A stretch of 64,000 nucleotides of DNA from the NCBI RefSeq assembly GCF_018977255.1, contig NW_024704743.1, positions 110,548,001 to 110,612,000 on the forward strand, in the 5' to 3' direction. Below, one piece after another: positions 1 to 12,600 of the stretch; the first letter of the stretch is position 1, and every line of letters starts with the position of its first letter. Below the pieces are notes generated by a model, which saw nothing but the letters and a program-made list of their open reading frames with translations, was not told where the DNA came from and did no database searches. The position numbers and the translations under genes were made by a program. The DNA comes from Callorhinchus milii (taxonomy: Eukaryota).

Positions 1-389
1 TACAAATCTCCAACACAGATCTTAAAATACAGCATTTTCAAGGTTACATCTGAAGATTACATCTATGTGGCTCACACTCGATACTTCTAGATCCTGGCAA
101 ATATCTGATTTGATTTCCAATTCATATGTTGACTGTCGGGCTTTTTATCTCGTCAATTATCTTCTATTTGGTAAAGCAGATGAAATACATATTAGTTTCA
201 AATTACAGCCTTATATGGGCACATTGTTGGCATTCATTATTGATTTGTCAATATTCCATACGATCCAAATATAACTATCAAGCTCTGAAGCCAGATGCTC
301 CCCACATAACACACAATAAGACCTAGGATTTGCAGGGCGTAAACAACCAGAGATTACATGTTAAACCCGTGACAAGATTCAATTCCATT

Positions 390-395
390 TTTATT
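390..395 (-). terminator. Candidate polyadenylation signal AATAAA
   Basis: tttatt on + strand, downstream of the predicted stop. Confidence 0.35.
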
Positions 396-566
396 TTGAC
401 TTCATACTTTAATTTTCCTCATCAATGGTGCTCAGATTTTGAACAACAGGTCAACTGCATTTGAATCGTTGACACAAGTCTTTCTTAGTGCTGTTGAATG
501 ACTATTTCAACTCAAGTTTAGAGCATCAAGAAAGAACTAAGATAAACGGGGTTGGAATTTAAAAGG

Positions 567-665
567 TTATTTCCGTCCTTCTGACTGAAGGACGCACTGA
601 AAGAAAACTAAATGGTCTGACCTTGGGTCTATCTCCACAACTACTGTTAATTCCACTCTAATCTG
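567..665 (-). CDS. Probable terminal exon 22 ([32 protein letters not shown])
   Basis: Phase-0 tag/cag acceptor with a weak pyrimidine tract; ends in TAA; AATAAA ~170 nt downstream. Confidence 0.45.
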   Translation of the reverse strand, partial: QIRVELTVVVEIDPRSDHLVFFQCVLQSEGRK

Positions 666-3600
666 CTAGATGTATGCATCATATTTCAAATCGACTGTAT
701 TTAACATACGGATTAGATTAATGGACTATTATTGATACTTTGAACTTTTGCAGGCCTATGGGGAGAGAGCGAGGGAGTCAGATTGAATTGAAATGCTCTT
801 TTAAAATAGTCAGCACAGACACGATGGGCCGAATGGCCTCCTTCTGTACAATTCTATGATTCTATATAAGCAAAAAAGTCACCAGGAGAAACTTCCTTCT
901 TTTTAAATAGTACCATGGGATGCTTAACATCCACCTAAAGAGACGATCGGTATCTTGGTTAGATCTTACCCCTAGCACTGCACTGGAGTATCAGCCTGGA
1001 CTATGAGCTCAAATCCTGATATTGGTCTTGAACCCATAACCTCTGACTCAGAGACAAAAGTGCTACCAACTGTATGTTGGCTGTATGTTGGCTATGTATT
1101 GTATTCATCACCAACATTTTGATATTCATTTTCTTTGAGTTTTCAAAAATTTGGGAGGAAACTTACCTTTCTTAGCCTCTGAATAAATTTCTCTTCTGTC
1201 TCATTCGGATTTGGGTCTGGGATTGCAACATCCCAGCGATAGAGCTCACTAAACATTTCTTCCTTGTTGTATAATACAACTGGATCTAAGCAATGTTCAT
1301 TAGCAAGTTCCACTAAATACTGCTTATAATGTTTCCTGAAACAGAGATGTGATAGTTAAGTTCCAAACAGCTCTGTCAATCACATTTATTAAGACATCTG
1401 TACAAGCACTTAAAAACGGGGTTATGGGAGGGAATAAGAGACTCCTGATGGAGACTCCTAGAGGATAAACATCAGCATGGACTGGTTGGGCCAAGTGGCC
1501 TGTTTTCGTGCTATGCGTTCTTTGTAAATTTTACTTACTCGCAAAACCCAGAATAACTTCTTATTGCGTTGTGTCCACACTGCTCATCTTTCAGCCCCTC
1601 GACACTATCTTTCTGCTCCATAACCTTACATTTACCTAAAGAAACACAAGAGCTTTCAGCCAGTAAAACAAATGTTTACAATACCTCATTCCACTGTTCA
1701 AAAAATTAGGGTTTCCTCACAATCATTTATTTAATAATTCTAGTTCACCTATGGAAGTTCGGCCACTGAGTTTTAGTAGGTTATTTCACCGTGGAAGCAT
1801 CACCATCAAGTATAACCTTGTCTTCATCCAACATTTACATATGTGCCCCCCCATCAGCAGCCACTGGATAGCTTTCAGGAGCTAGAACTTTGGCTGATAA
1901 TCCTCTCTCTAACCTGAGGCACTGAAGCCCACCATAGAGCTCTATGATATGAGTTAACTCAGCACTGATTGGAAATGCACCGGAAGCTTTTCCATTTCTG
2001 GCTCAGCAATTCACTGACTAAACATCACTAAGGTGTCATACATCCTACCAATATTTACTGTCAGGCCTCATATTAAGAAAACCCCTTTGGGCAATATAAT
2101 TCTCATGAAACTGTACATTGGGGAATGTTAGAGGAGCTAGCAAGATAACAGGAGAAAATTAACAAAAGAAAAATGCAAAACAATGGAAAAGTTAATCAGA
2201 TGAAAGAAAATGTATTCTGAGCAAGAATAATCAAATAAATAAAACAGCGGAGGCTTTGGCTACAATTTTTCAATCTTCGTTGGACACAGGGATGGTGCCA
2301 GATGACTGGAGAGTGTCCAATGTGACTCCCCTGTACAAAAAGGGTCAGAAGAACAAACTTGGGAACTATATGCCAGTCAGCCTAACATCAGTAGTGGGGA
2401 AACTCCTGGAGACTATAATCCGGGACAGAATAAATCTTCACTTAGAAGAATATGGGTTAATTAGGGACAGCCAGCACGGATTTGTTAAAGGCAGATCTTG
2501 TCTAACAAATCTATTAGAATTTTTCGATGAGGCAATGAAGAGGGTGGATAAAGGTAGTGCAGTTGATGTAGTGCAGTGGTTAGAGCACTCGCCTTGCAAG
2601 TGAGAGACCTGAGTTCAATTCCAGGCACAGGGCGAAACCTTGGGCAAGTTTCCTTATTCCACACGCCTAATAATAATCCCTCCCAAAAAAAACCAATAAT
2701 AAATTGGTCATTTTCAATCCACGACTGTTTGTGGGACATTGCTGTGCGCAATTGGCTGCCGTGTTCGCCCACAAATATACAGTCAATTCACTTTACAGTG
2801 TGTTCTGTGAAGCGCTTTGGGATGTCCTCCCGACGTGAAAAGCACTATATCAAATGCAAGGATTATTATTATTATTATTTATATGGACATTCAAAAGGCA
2901 TTTGACAAAGTGCCACATGAAAGACTTGTAAGAAAGACAGAAGCCCATGGTATAAAAGGGACAGTGGCAGCACGGATCCAGAACTGGCTGGGAGACAGAA
3001 AGCAGAGAGTTGTGGTGAACGGCTGCTTTTCTGACTGGAGGGAAGTGTACAGTGGCGTCCCCCAGGGATCGGTATTAGGACCACTGCTCTTCTTAATATA
3101 CATAAATGATCTGGACTTGGGTATAGCAAGTACCATTTCCAAGTTTGCGGATGACACAAAGTTAGGTGGGATGGTAAACAGTGAGAAGGATAGTAGCCAA
3201 CTGCAGGAAGACATAGACAGAATGGTAAAATGGGCAGACACATGGCAGATGAATTTCAATGTGGAGAAAGGCGAGGTAATGCATTTTGGTAGAAAGAATG
3301 AGGGGAGGCAATAAAGGCTGGTAATACAATCTTAAGGGGGGCAAAAGAACAAAGAGACCTGGGGGTGCAGGTAAATGAATCCTTGAAGGTGGTAGGACAG
3401 GTAGATAAAGCTGTAAAAAGGGCATATGGGATACTAGGCTTTATAAATAGGGGCATAGAGTACAAGAGTCAGGAGGTTATGATTAATCTATATAAAACAC
3501 TGGTTAGGTCTCAGTTAGAATACTGCGCCCAGTTCTGGGCACCACACTATAGGAAGAATGTTAAGCCATTGGAAAAGGTGCAGAGGAGATTTACAAGGAT

Positions 3601-6600
3601 GAAACCAGGAATGAGGGACCTTGATTATGAGGAAAGGCTAGTGAGGTTGGGATTATTCTCATTGGAACAGAGAAGGTTACGAGGAGACCTAATAGAGGCT
3701 TTCAAAATCATTAGGGGATATGATAGGTTAGAAAGGGAAAAATAGTTTCCACTGGTGGGTGTGTCGGTGACTCGATGTCACAGATTCAAAATAGTATCTA
3801 AAAGAAGCAGAGGGGAGGTGAGAAGAATTTTTTTCACACAGCGAGTTGTTAGAATCTGGAATGCATTGCCTGAAAGGGTGGTGGAGGCCGATTCGATAAC
3901 TACTTTTAAAAACGCGTTGGAAGGGTATTTGAGGAGGACGGGTTTGCAGGGTTATGGGGAAAGGGCTGGGGAGTGGGATTGATATTACATTGCTCTTCTC
4001 AAAGAGCTGGCACTGACTCGATGGGCCGAATGGCCTCTTTTTGTGCTGTACGATTCTATGATTCTATGAATAAAAATTGGGCCATTACTTACCTGTAGCT
4101 AAATACTTCACTTATCATCCTACTAATAATGTTTCGAAGTCTCAAAAGGGGAATAAACTTCCTAGTTAACTGAAGCTTTGTTGAGCTTTCAATGGAATCA
4201 ATAAGTATAACAATATTATGAACTTATTGGAGACAGCAAAATACACAGCCACATTCAAATCAAAAAATTGATTAAATCAGTTGTGAAAATGTATATGAAC
4301 CCTTGCAGTCTGTAAGGAAGGCCTCACTTACACAAAGAGTTATTACCTTCAATCTCTCCTGGAATGCTTTTATGGGTTGTGAAGGCAGAAATACCATTTA
4401 TCTAGATTAAAGAAAACAACATATGGTAAGAAAGTACCAAAAATACAACAAAATTCCTGCCGAATATAAACTTCATTGGATAGGTAATCCTTCTCTTGTC
4501 ATTCAACTCCGCCGCTTCTATTGTAGCTTTTCAGTATAAAGATGCTACTAAAAAGTCTTTCCTGCTACTCCTAAATTTGAAATGTCTTATAAACGTCCTC
4601 CACAGTGTTGAAATGAAGACTCAATGTATTATTTCCAACTCAAAATTATTCTCTCTCAGCACATCAACACTGTGGACTCAACATCTATTCACCTTCCTGG
4701 CCTCCCACAATCTAGTCTTTCAAAACCCAAACTTGGCATTCAACAAAACACTTTGCCTTGCCTTGTTCATGTTCTCTTCCACTCTTTTCAGTCTTTCACT
4801 TGAGCTCCAGAATTAAAATATATATATTTTTTAACTGTTGATTGTTATTATACCTTGGTGAAGAGGGAAATTACTTTCGATATTGTGCTTAAAATAAAAC
4901 TTCATATCAAAAGTACTCTCCCAACAGTACTCTCCCTTTACACAAATATATTATAGAACTGGTGCTGGGTTTTGTTAAAGGAAAGAACCATGACTACAAT
5001 TTCAAACCAACAAACATGACTCACATTTAGTAGTTGTTGTAATCGTTGTACACTCCAGTCTCTGAGGTGATAGTAACAGTTTCGGGGATGGTGTGCATGT
5101 AGTCCCTTTGCATGGCAGTTCTTCGAGAATCCACAAGTCTATGTCACCAAATATATTTAAATCATTCTTCTATTCTTTTAAGTATATATTTATTTAAATG
5201 TTTTAAATATTTCTGAAAACTGGCTTGAAAGTAAAGACTTTGAATAATTAGCATATGATACAATTTACATTTATATAGTGCCTTTCACGTTAGTATGACA
5301 TCTCAAAGCGATTATGCTCTAAAATAATGTAAATCAAAACCCAAGTGGAATTTCTTCCCAACAATGCCTTTGTTGGGTGGTAGAATTTGCTTGGCTAATA
5401 TTAAAAGGAGTAAAATGGCCTCCACACTGGAAAGTGTGTATTCATCCCTGTATCTGACGATTCCTACCTGGCTCTACCCCAAGGTTTCATTGTCAGACAA
5501 TACAGTACATTTATACCCCACTGGTTAGGCCTCAGCTAGAGACTGTGTTCAGTTTTGGGCACCACACTTTAGGAAGGATGTCAAGGCATTGGAGAGGGTG
5601 TAAAGGAGATTTACCAGGATGGTAACAGGAATGAGGGACTTCACTTATCAGGAGAGGCTAGAGAAGCTAGGATTATTCTCCTTGGAGCAGAGAAGGTTAA
5701 GAGGAGACTTAATAGAAGTTTTCAAAATTATGAGGGGATTCGATAGGGTGAACAAGGAGAAACTATTTCCACTGGTGGGCGGATTGGTGTAACCCGAGGA
5801 AACCGATTTAAAATAGTTGCTAAAAGAAACAGAGGGGAGGTGAGGAGAAATGTTTTCACACAGTGAGTTGTTTGGATCTGGAATGCATTGCCTGAAAGGG
5901 TGATGGAAGCCGATTCGATAACAACTTTTAAGAAAGAAGTAGGCAATTATTTTGGGGAGGACAAGTTTGCAGGGCTATAGGGAAAGAGCGGGGGAGTGGG
6001 ATTGATTTGAATAGCTCTTTTCAAAGAGCTGGCACAGACATAATAGGCCGAATGGCCTCATTCTGTGCTGTATAATTCTATGATTCTATGATTAGGTAAG
6101 CCTGGGTGGCTATAAGTTATAATAGCTATAAACTGGGCCAATAGAAAAATGTGGACATTTTTGCAAAAAATTTGTGGAGCGCTTTATGAATCTTGCAGGA
6201 AATTGCAGCAGGTCTTGTTAGATTTGGGGGTTTTGAGAACTGTGGGGGTTATTTGGTGCTATTGAGGTACATTTTACTACTACATTTTTTCACTTTATTG
6301 ATAAATAATACATTAGATTTTTGCAAAAAAAAATTAATTGCTTCTTTAACAAAAACTGGATGGCCATTTTTTTTCGGGGTGGGTGGGGAGACGGGGTTGG
6401 ACATCAGCGAGGCTACTGGAGCTCATCACCTCCTGCCTCTCAGGGCTGGCACTGCACACGGACAGAGACCCAGAGAGAGAGAAACACACACACTCAGAGA
6501 CACGGAGAGAGAGAGACACACACACTCAGGGTCCCAGAGAGAGAGACACACACACACACACACTCAGAGATCCAGAGAGAGGGAGACAAACACACACTCA

Positions 6601-9600
6601 GAGACGCAGAGAGAGAGAGAGACACACACTCAGAGACATACATATATAGAGAGAGGCACACACACTCAGAGACACAGAGAGACACACACACACTCAGAGA
6701 CCAGAGAGAGAGACACACACACTCAGAGACCAGAGAGACACATACACTCAGAGACCAGAGAGAGACACACACACACTCAGAGACCAGAGAGAGACACACA
6801 CACACTCAGAGACCAGAGAGAGACACACACACACTCAGAGACCAGAGAGAGACACACACACACTCAGAGACCAGAGAGACACACACACACTCAGAGACCA
6901 GAGAGACACACACACTCAGAGACCAGAGAGAGACACACACACACTCAGAGACCAGAGAGACACACACACTCAGTCATAGACACAAAGAGACATACACACA
7001 CACACACACACATACAGAGTCACACGTTGACACAGAGACACTCATAAACACACACACAGATAGAAGAGACATAGACACACGTACATGAAGACACACGCAG
7101 ACAGTCACAACAGCGGGGCCTCCCAGTGTAGCTGATTTGCCACTTGCTCCGCACTGCGCATGTGTGTCCGGAGCTGATCCACCCACAGTGACGTCAGGTA
7201 AACAGCACGAATGGCCCCCGGGCCAGAAACTACATTTACGGTTGGTTTATAGTGAAAATGCGGAAAACGTGCAGCCACACTTTTCTAGTGGCCCAGGCTA
7301 TAAGCCATTTTCAGGTTTGTGGCCACCAGTAAATTTCCATCATGGTGTTGGGCTGGGCAGCATTGTAATGAGAACGGAGTGCACACTAAAAATACATGCT
7401 GTATATAAACAAACCTCTGCAGAACCATACAACAAACATGTTAATGATAGTACATCAACAGATTTAATCACAAAAATCATAGAAAGCAAAGAACTTACTA
7501 GTCCTAATTTAAAGGGTCTTTTACAGCCACCGCAGAACTGATAATGACACACGGAGCAACAAAAATGAATGCAGCCTCCTTTGGACAAATCAAACTGAGC
7601 TTTGCATTTAGGACAATCTAAATGTAAAGAAAGAACTTTAAATATTTATGTCTCTTAACTCCTAGACCTCTTTGATCTTCAATGTCATTAAGAACTTCAC
7701 TATTTGCAAGGATTCATCTTTATATATTTATCTGGCTCTTACATGTCCCTCGTCCTCTTCACCCCACCACTGGTTGCAATGCTTTGCCCTCTCCTTGCCA
7801 TTATGTATCGCATCTAAAGACCTTTTTCTTTGACTATGCCTACGGTCACCTCCACTATCTACCGTATCAAATGCGGCAGAGCGATCCAGGAGGATGAAGA
7901 GGCAGTGGGAGACCTGGTGACAGATAGAGAGAATGTCGTTTGTGACTTTGACAAGAGCTGTCTCTGTGCTGTGGGCAGGGCGAAAACCGGACTGCAGGGG
8001 TTCGAGGAGGGAGAGGTGTGACTGAAGCTGACCTGCAACAATGCATTCCAGGAATTTGGAAAGGAAGGGTAGGTTGGAGATGGGATGGTAGTGTGTGAGA
8101 TTAGAGGGATCAAGGGAGGGTTTTTTGAGGAGGGATGTGATAACAGCGGTTTCAGGGGAAGTGGAACAGAGCCTGAGGAGAGGGACTGGTTGACCGTGTT
8201 GGCCAGCAGAGGGGAGAAAAAGGGGAGTTGAGTGACCAGCAGCTGGGTGAGGAGGGGGTCGAGGCAGCAGGTGGTGAACTTCATCCGGGTAGCTGCGGTT
8301 GCGAGGGAGGAGGGAGAAATGGGGGCAAAGGAGTGTAAGGAGTGGGCAGTGGCAGGAGCCGTGGTGGAGGGAGAAGGTGGTAAGGATGGTCTGGGTGGGG
8401 TGGAAGGGGACATGGTGGGGGGGGGGGGGGTGGGGTACAATGCAGCCAAGCGGATGTTTTACATTTTTGAGGCAAAGAAGTCTAGGACCTCTTCACACTT
8501 GGTGTTTGACGTGAGGATCGAGGGGTCTTGAGGGGGTGCACGGTGGAGGTGATGTACGGTGGACAACAGCGTCTTTGGATTGTTGTTTGCCTCCAGGATG
8601 ACTTTGGAGTAAAAGTCAGTTTTGTCCTGTGAAAGGGAGAGGCGGGAGGTGTGGAGGTGCTCGAGCCACAGCTGGTGGTGAATCACGAGGCTGGATTTCT
8701 GCCATTCGCGCTCGAGCATCGGGTTTGGTTTTGAGTGAGCAGAGATGACTGTTGTACTAGGGAGAGCGGGTGGGTTTAGAAACAACCCTGGATTTCAGTG
8801 GAACCAGGAATTGAAGGCTGTGGAGAGACGGTTATTTAGCAGCTTGACGGCTGCATTAGGATCACTGTGGGTGGAGGGCCAGAGGGAGAGGAGGTCCGAG
8901 GAAGAGACAGTATTTATGAGGGACTCAGGGGGAAGCTTTTTCCAGGGGCAGAAAAAAATGTTGGCGGGTTTGGAAGAGGGGAGGAGAGGGAGATGAGGAA
9001 ATGGTCGGAGATGGCCTTGTACGTGATTGACAGGTCGGAAATGTCAAGGCCGTGTGTGATGATGAGGTCGAGGGAGTGGCCACGGTTGTGGGTCGGCGAG
9101 TCGATGTGGAGGGTGAGGTTTAGGGAGGAGAGGAGGGAATGAAAGGAGAGAGGAGATATCGATGAGGAAGGAGCCAAGAGGTTTGGGGGTGGTAACAAAG
9201 GATTTTGAGGGAGAGAGAGGAGGGATGGTAGAGGGTTAAGTGCTCAAAGGAGAAGAAACAGCCAGAGGAATAGGGTCATAGACCAAGGGAAGCTTGGGAG
9301 ATGAGGGCCAATCCACCGTCATGTTGGTTGGGGTGGGGGTGGTGAAAGGTATGGCCAGGAGGGGAGGCTTCAACGAGTAGGATGGGATCACCTGGGGAGA
9401 TATCTTGGTAAGACCAAGAATATCAATGTGCTCATCCAGGAAGAGGTCATGGATAGTAAGGGCTTTATTGGAGAGGGAGCGGACATTTTGGAGGAAATGC
9501 GGATAACAACAATAACAACAACAAGATTCCATTTATAGAGCGCCTTTCACGTCGGGAAATAGATTTGCTGGTAGGTGTCGGTGATGGGAAGAGTGATATA

Positions 9601-12600
9601 GAGAGGATTTGAGATCATGGGGGAGACGTGACCATGGAGTTTGAGCAACAGGCAGTGTTAGGGAGGGTATGGATGAGGGAGGGGGAAGTGGTGTTTGCCT
9701 TTCGGAGGCATTTTGTGCGGAGAGTGAGCAATGGAACAGTTGGGGCAGCTGGTCTGGGACAACCAACGCCAGGAGCCACAATGGGCCTGGCGGAGGATGC
9801 CCAGGCTGGAGCAAAGGGAGGTAACGGTAGGGACCAGGAGAGAGAGAAGGCGAGGAGGGCGATGGAGGGAAGGACAGAGTGGGAGTAGCGGAATGTAGGG
9901 GGTGGGAGCAGGAACGTATTCAGGGGAAGCGGTTCGGGTCGGGGCGGCAGCTAAAATGCACACGCAGAGACCGGGAGTGAGCAATCAGCGAGGCAGTATC
10001 GCGCTCCTTTTTTTACCAGTCAAGGAGCTACAATAAGATTTGTTTTAAAAAAAATAATCAGCAGTCGTAAGAATGACGAGTTACCTATTCCGTTTTTAGT
10101 GAGATAGGTATCCAGTTGGGTTGCCTGATACTCAGGGTTGTTCTGCTGTTTCCACTTCTTAAAGCTTTCACAACTGATGCCTTCGTGCTGTGGCTCCCAC
10201 TGAAGAAATAAGTATGGTTTTAGACAGCGGAGTTCTATCAACACAACAACTGCACACACAACCATTTACTTCAGGAGCGTACTCACCGGACTCTTGCACT
10301 GGAAACACGTGCTCTTTTTACAAGAAGGGCAGTCCATTCTCAATTGATCTAATTCATGAAGCAGCCCAAAGGAACACTGAGAAACAATGCCATATTTAAC
10401 ATATTTAGGTTAGAGGCCTCTTTCTTGGTAAAACTGTTATAAATGTTTCGATAAACTGGTTCAGTATGAGTCACAAGTACACTCAATAATTTGACTAAAA
10501 TGTCTCTCTACACTGAAATCCAACATCATATGGGATAACTTTGAGACGTCTCAAAGACGGGATAAGGCGCTTTATCATATGCAAGGATTGTTATATTATT
10601 ACATAATTCCACAAGTGTCTTCAATAAACATTGCTCGGATATGCCAAGCTGTACCCATCTCATTTTGAATGCCTATTAAAATCAACATTTATAGTTACCA
10701 TCTATAGGTTTAATCAACTCGATAAATAAATTTGACCAATATTTAACATCCAATAAAACTGCAAGTGTGAGCTAAGTGCTCTAAAAACCTATCCAAATGA
10801 AGGAGGGATCCATTCTTGCTCATAATTTCTGCCATTTTGAATTTATTTCCATATTTCTAAAGCATCCTCTTCAGAGACATGCAGAATCATAAAAACGTCA
10901 TTAACAGAATGAGTGATCTCAAAGCCTTTCACAGAATATATTGTAAAGTGGATTGACTGTGTATTTGTTGGTCAACTGTGCAAGCAGTTTCACACAAACA
11001 TTTGTGGATTGAGTGACCCAATTATTTTAAAAAAAACAGTAACCAGTCAGAAGCAGATGGATCCATACTCCAGCATGAGGTCAATGCCTTCATGAGAGGA
11101 GAGTGGAGGAAAAGGAAGGGAACGAGGGGCGAGGGAAAGAAAGAAAACAAGAATCTAAGTTTGAAAATTAAAAGAACAAAAGCAAAGCCTGTATTTTGGA
11201 AACGTTACAGAGCAGATCAACATCCTAGCTTTTTAAATTGGAAGAAACTCAAATCCAGCCTTACGTTTGCACACCATCTGAAGTTTGGCATTTCCATCAG
11301 AGTTCTGTCTCGAAGCTTTCTCTGGAATAGCTCATGAATTTCATAATCAAGATAATACCGAATCTGTTGTGTAGAAAAAATAAACAATGAAAGTTACAGG
11401 TTCTAACATTTTATCAGAAGTTGCTTATCCAAGTAGTTTCTCTCAACTAAAACCTAGATTGCCAACTTCACGACAAGTCTCCAGCATTTTTTTTCCAGAT
11501 TCTAAGACTCTAACCTGAGTATCCAGCAAATTAAAATACTCTGTGATATCTTCGTGGAGCTCTCGATTGTTCAGGTCTGGTGCACTGCACATCGGGCAAA
11601 CCAAATTCAGAATACTTTTCTCCTTTATGGTTGATGAAAAGTAGTTCTTAAAACAGGCTTCACAGAAGGAACAGGAACAGTGGGTCATCATGACAATCTA
11701 TAAAACATAAAAACACACAAATTTAACACACACATCACTTAACTCATTAAAGCAAACACTAAAGTTAAATAGAAGAAAATAATCCTAAGAAAACTCCCAT
11801 ACACTAACATTTTAATAAGCCCTCACAAAATTGATCAATAGTGATACAGACGTTACAATTACATAATACAGTTCAACCCCATTAAAGCTCGCTTGGAGTG
11901 TGGCCTGACATTTATTTACTGAAAAAATTGCACACACTGGCTGTATTGCAGTTTCAAAGCCCATGTCAGAGTTCGGGAAGCCAAATAGCTGACTTCTGAG
12001 CAATCAGGTTGCTGCTGATACCACCTCCTGTGCTCTTTGCACACCTTCGAACTCTGCCCTTTTAGCTTCTCTCCTGTTAACAAAAAAGGGCGAAATACAG
12101 GGTCAACAGGTTACTGCTGATGTCGACCCAGACGTCAGTCATTTTGGCTTGCCACGTGTTGGCCAGTGTTTTGGACTGCCGACGGAATGGGCTGACTTTC
12201 TGCGTACGTAAACAGTGAATGCAGAATCATTAACCAGAATCACATTCTGTTACAGCACTGGTTATATCCCTTCACTCTCTGGCACCTTCCTACCTCTCCG
12301 ACTTCCTCACTCCCCAATCCACCTCCGCTCGACTGGCACCACCATTGGAGATTGCACATTCAGCCACTACGCCCCAAAACTCTGGAACCCTCTCCTTTAA
12401 TCCCTCCACCATGCCCCCACTCTCCCCTTTTTCAAGTCCCGCTTGAAAACTTTTTTGACCGTGCTTACGGTTACCTCCCCCAACCCTTGGTTCGGAGTCA
12501 GGATCCGCCAATGTTAAGGACTCTGAGACGCCACCCTGCGTGAAGGAAGCTATACAAGTTCAAGTTGTTGTTGGTGGTTGGAAATTTATGGCCATCCCAA

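Noticed and set aside
4087..4200. Extra LDD exon ending at the strong CAG|gtaagt donor at 4093
   Set aside because: Upstream frames contain stops (only a 6-nt micro-exon would fit) and the LDD aligns without it
6193..7088. 255-284 aa ORFs rich in R/E/T/H
   Set aside because: Translations of the CA/GA satellite, antisense within an intron
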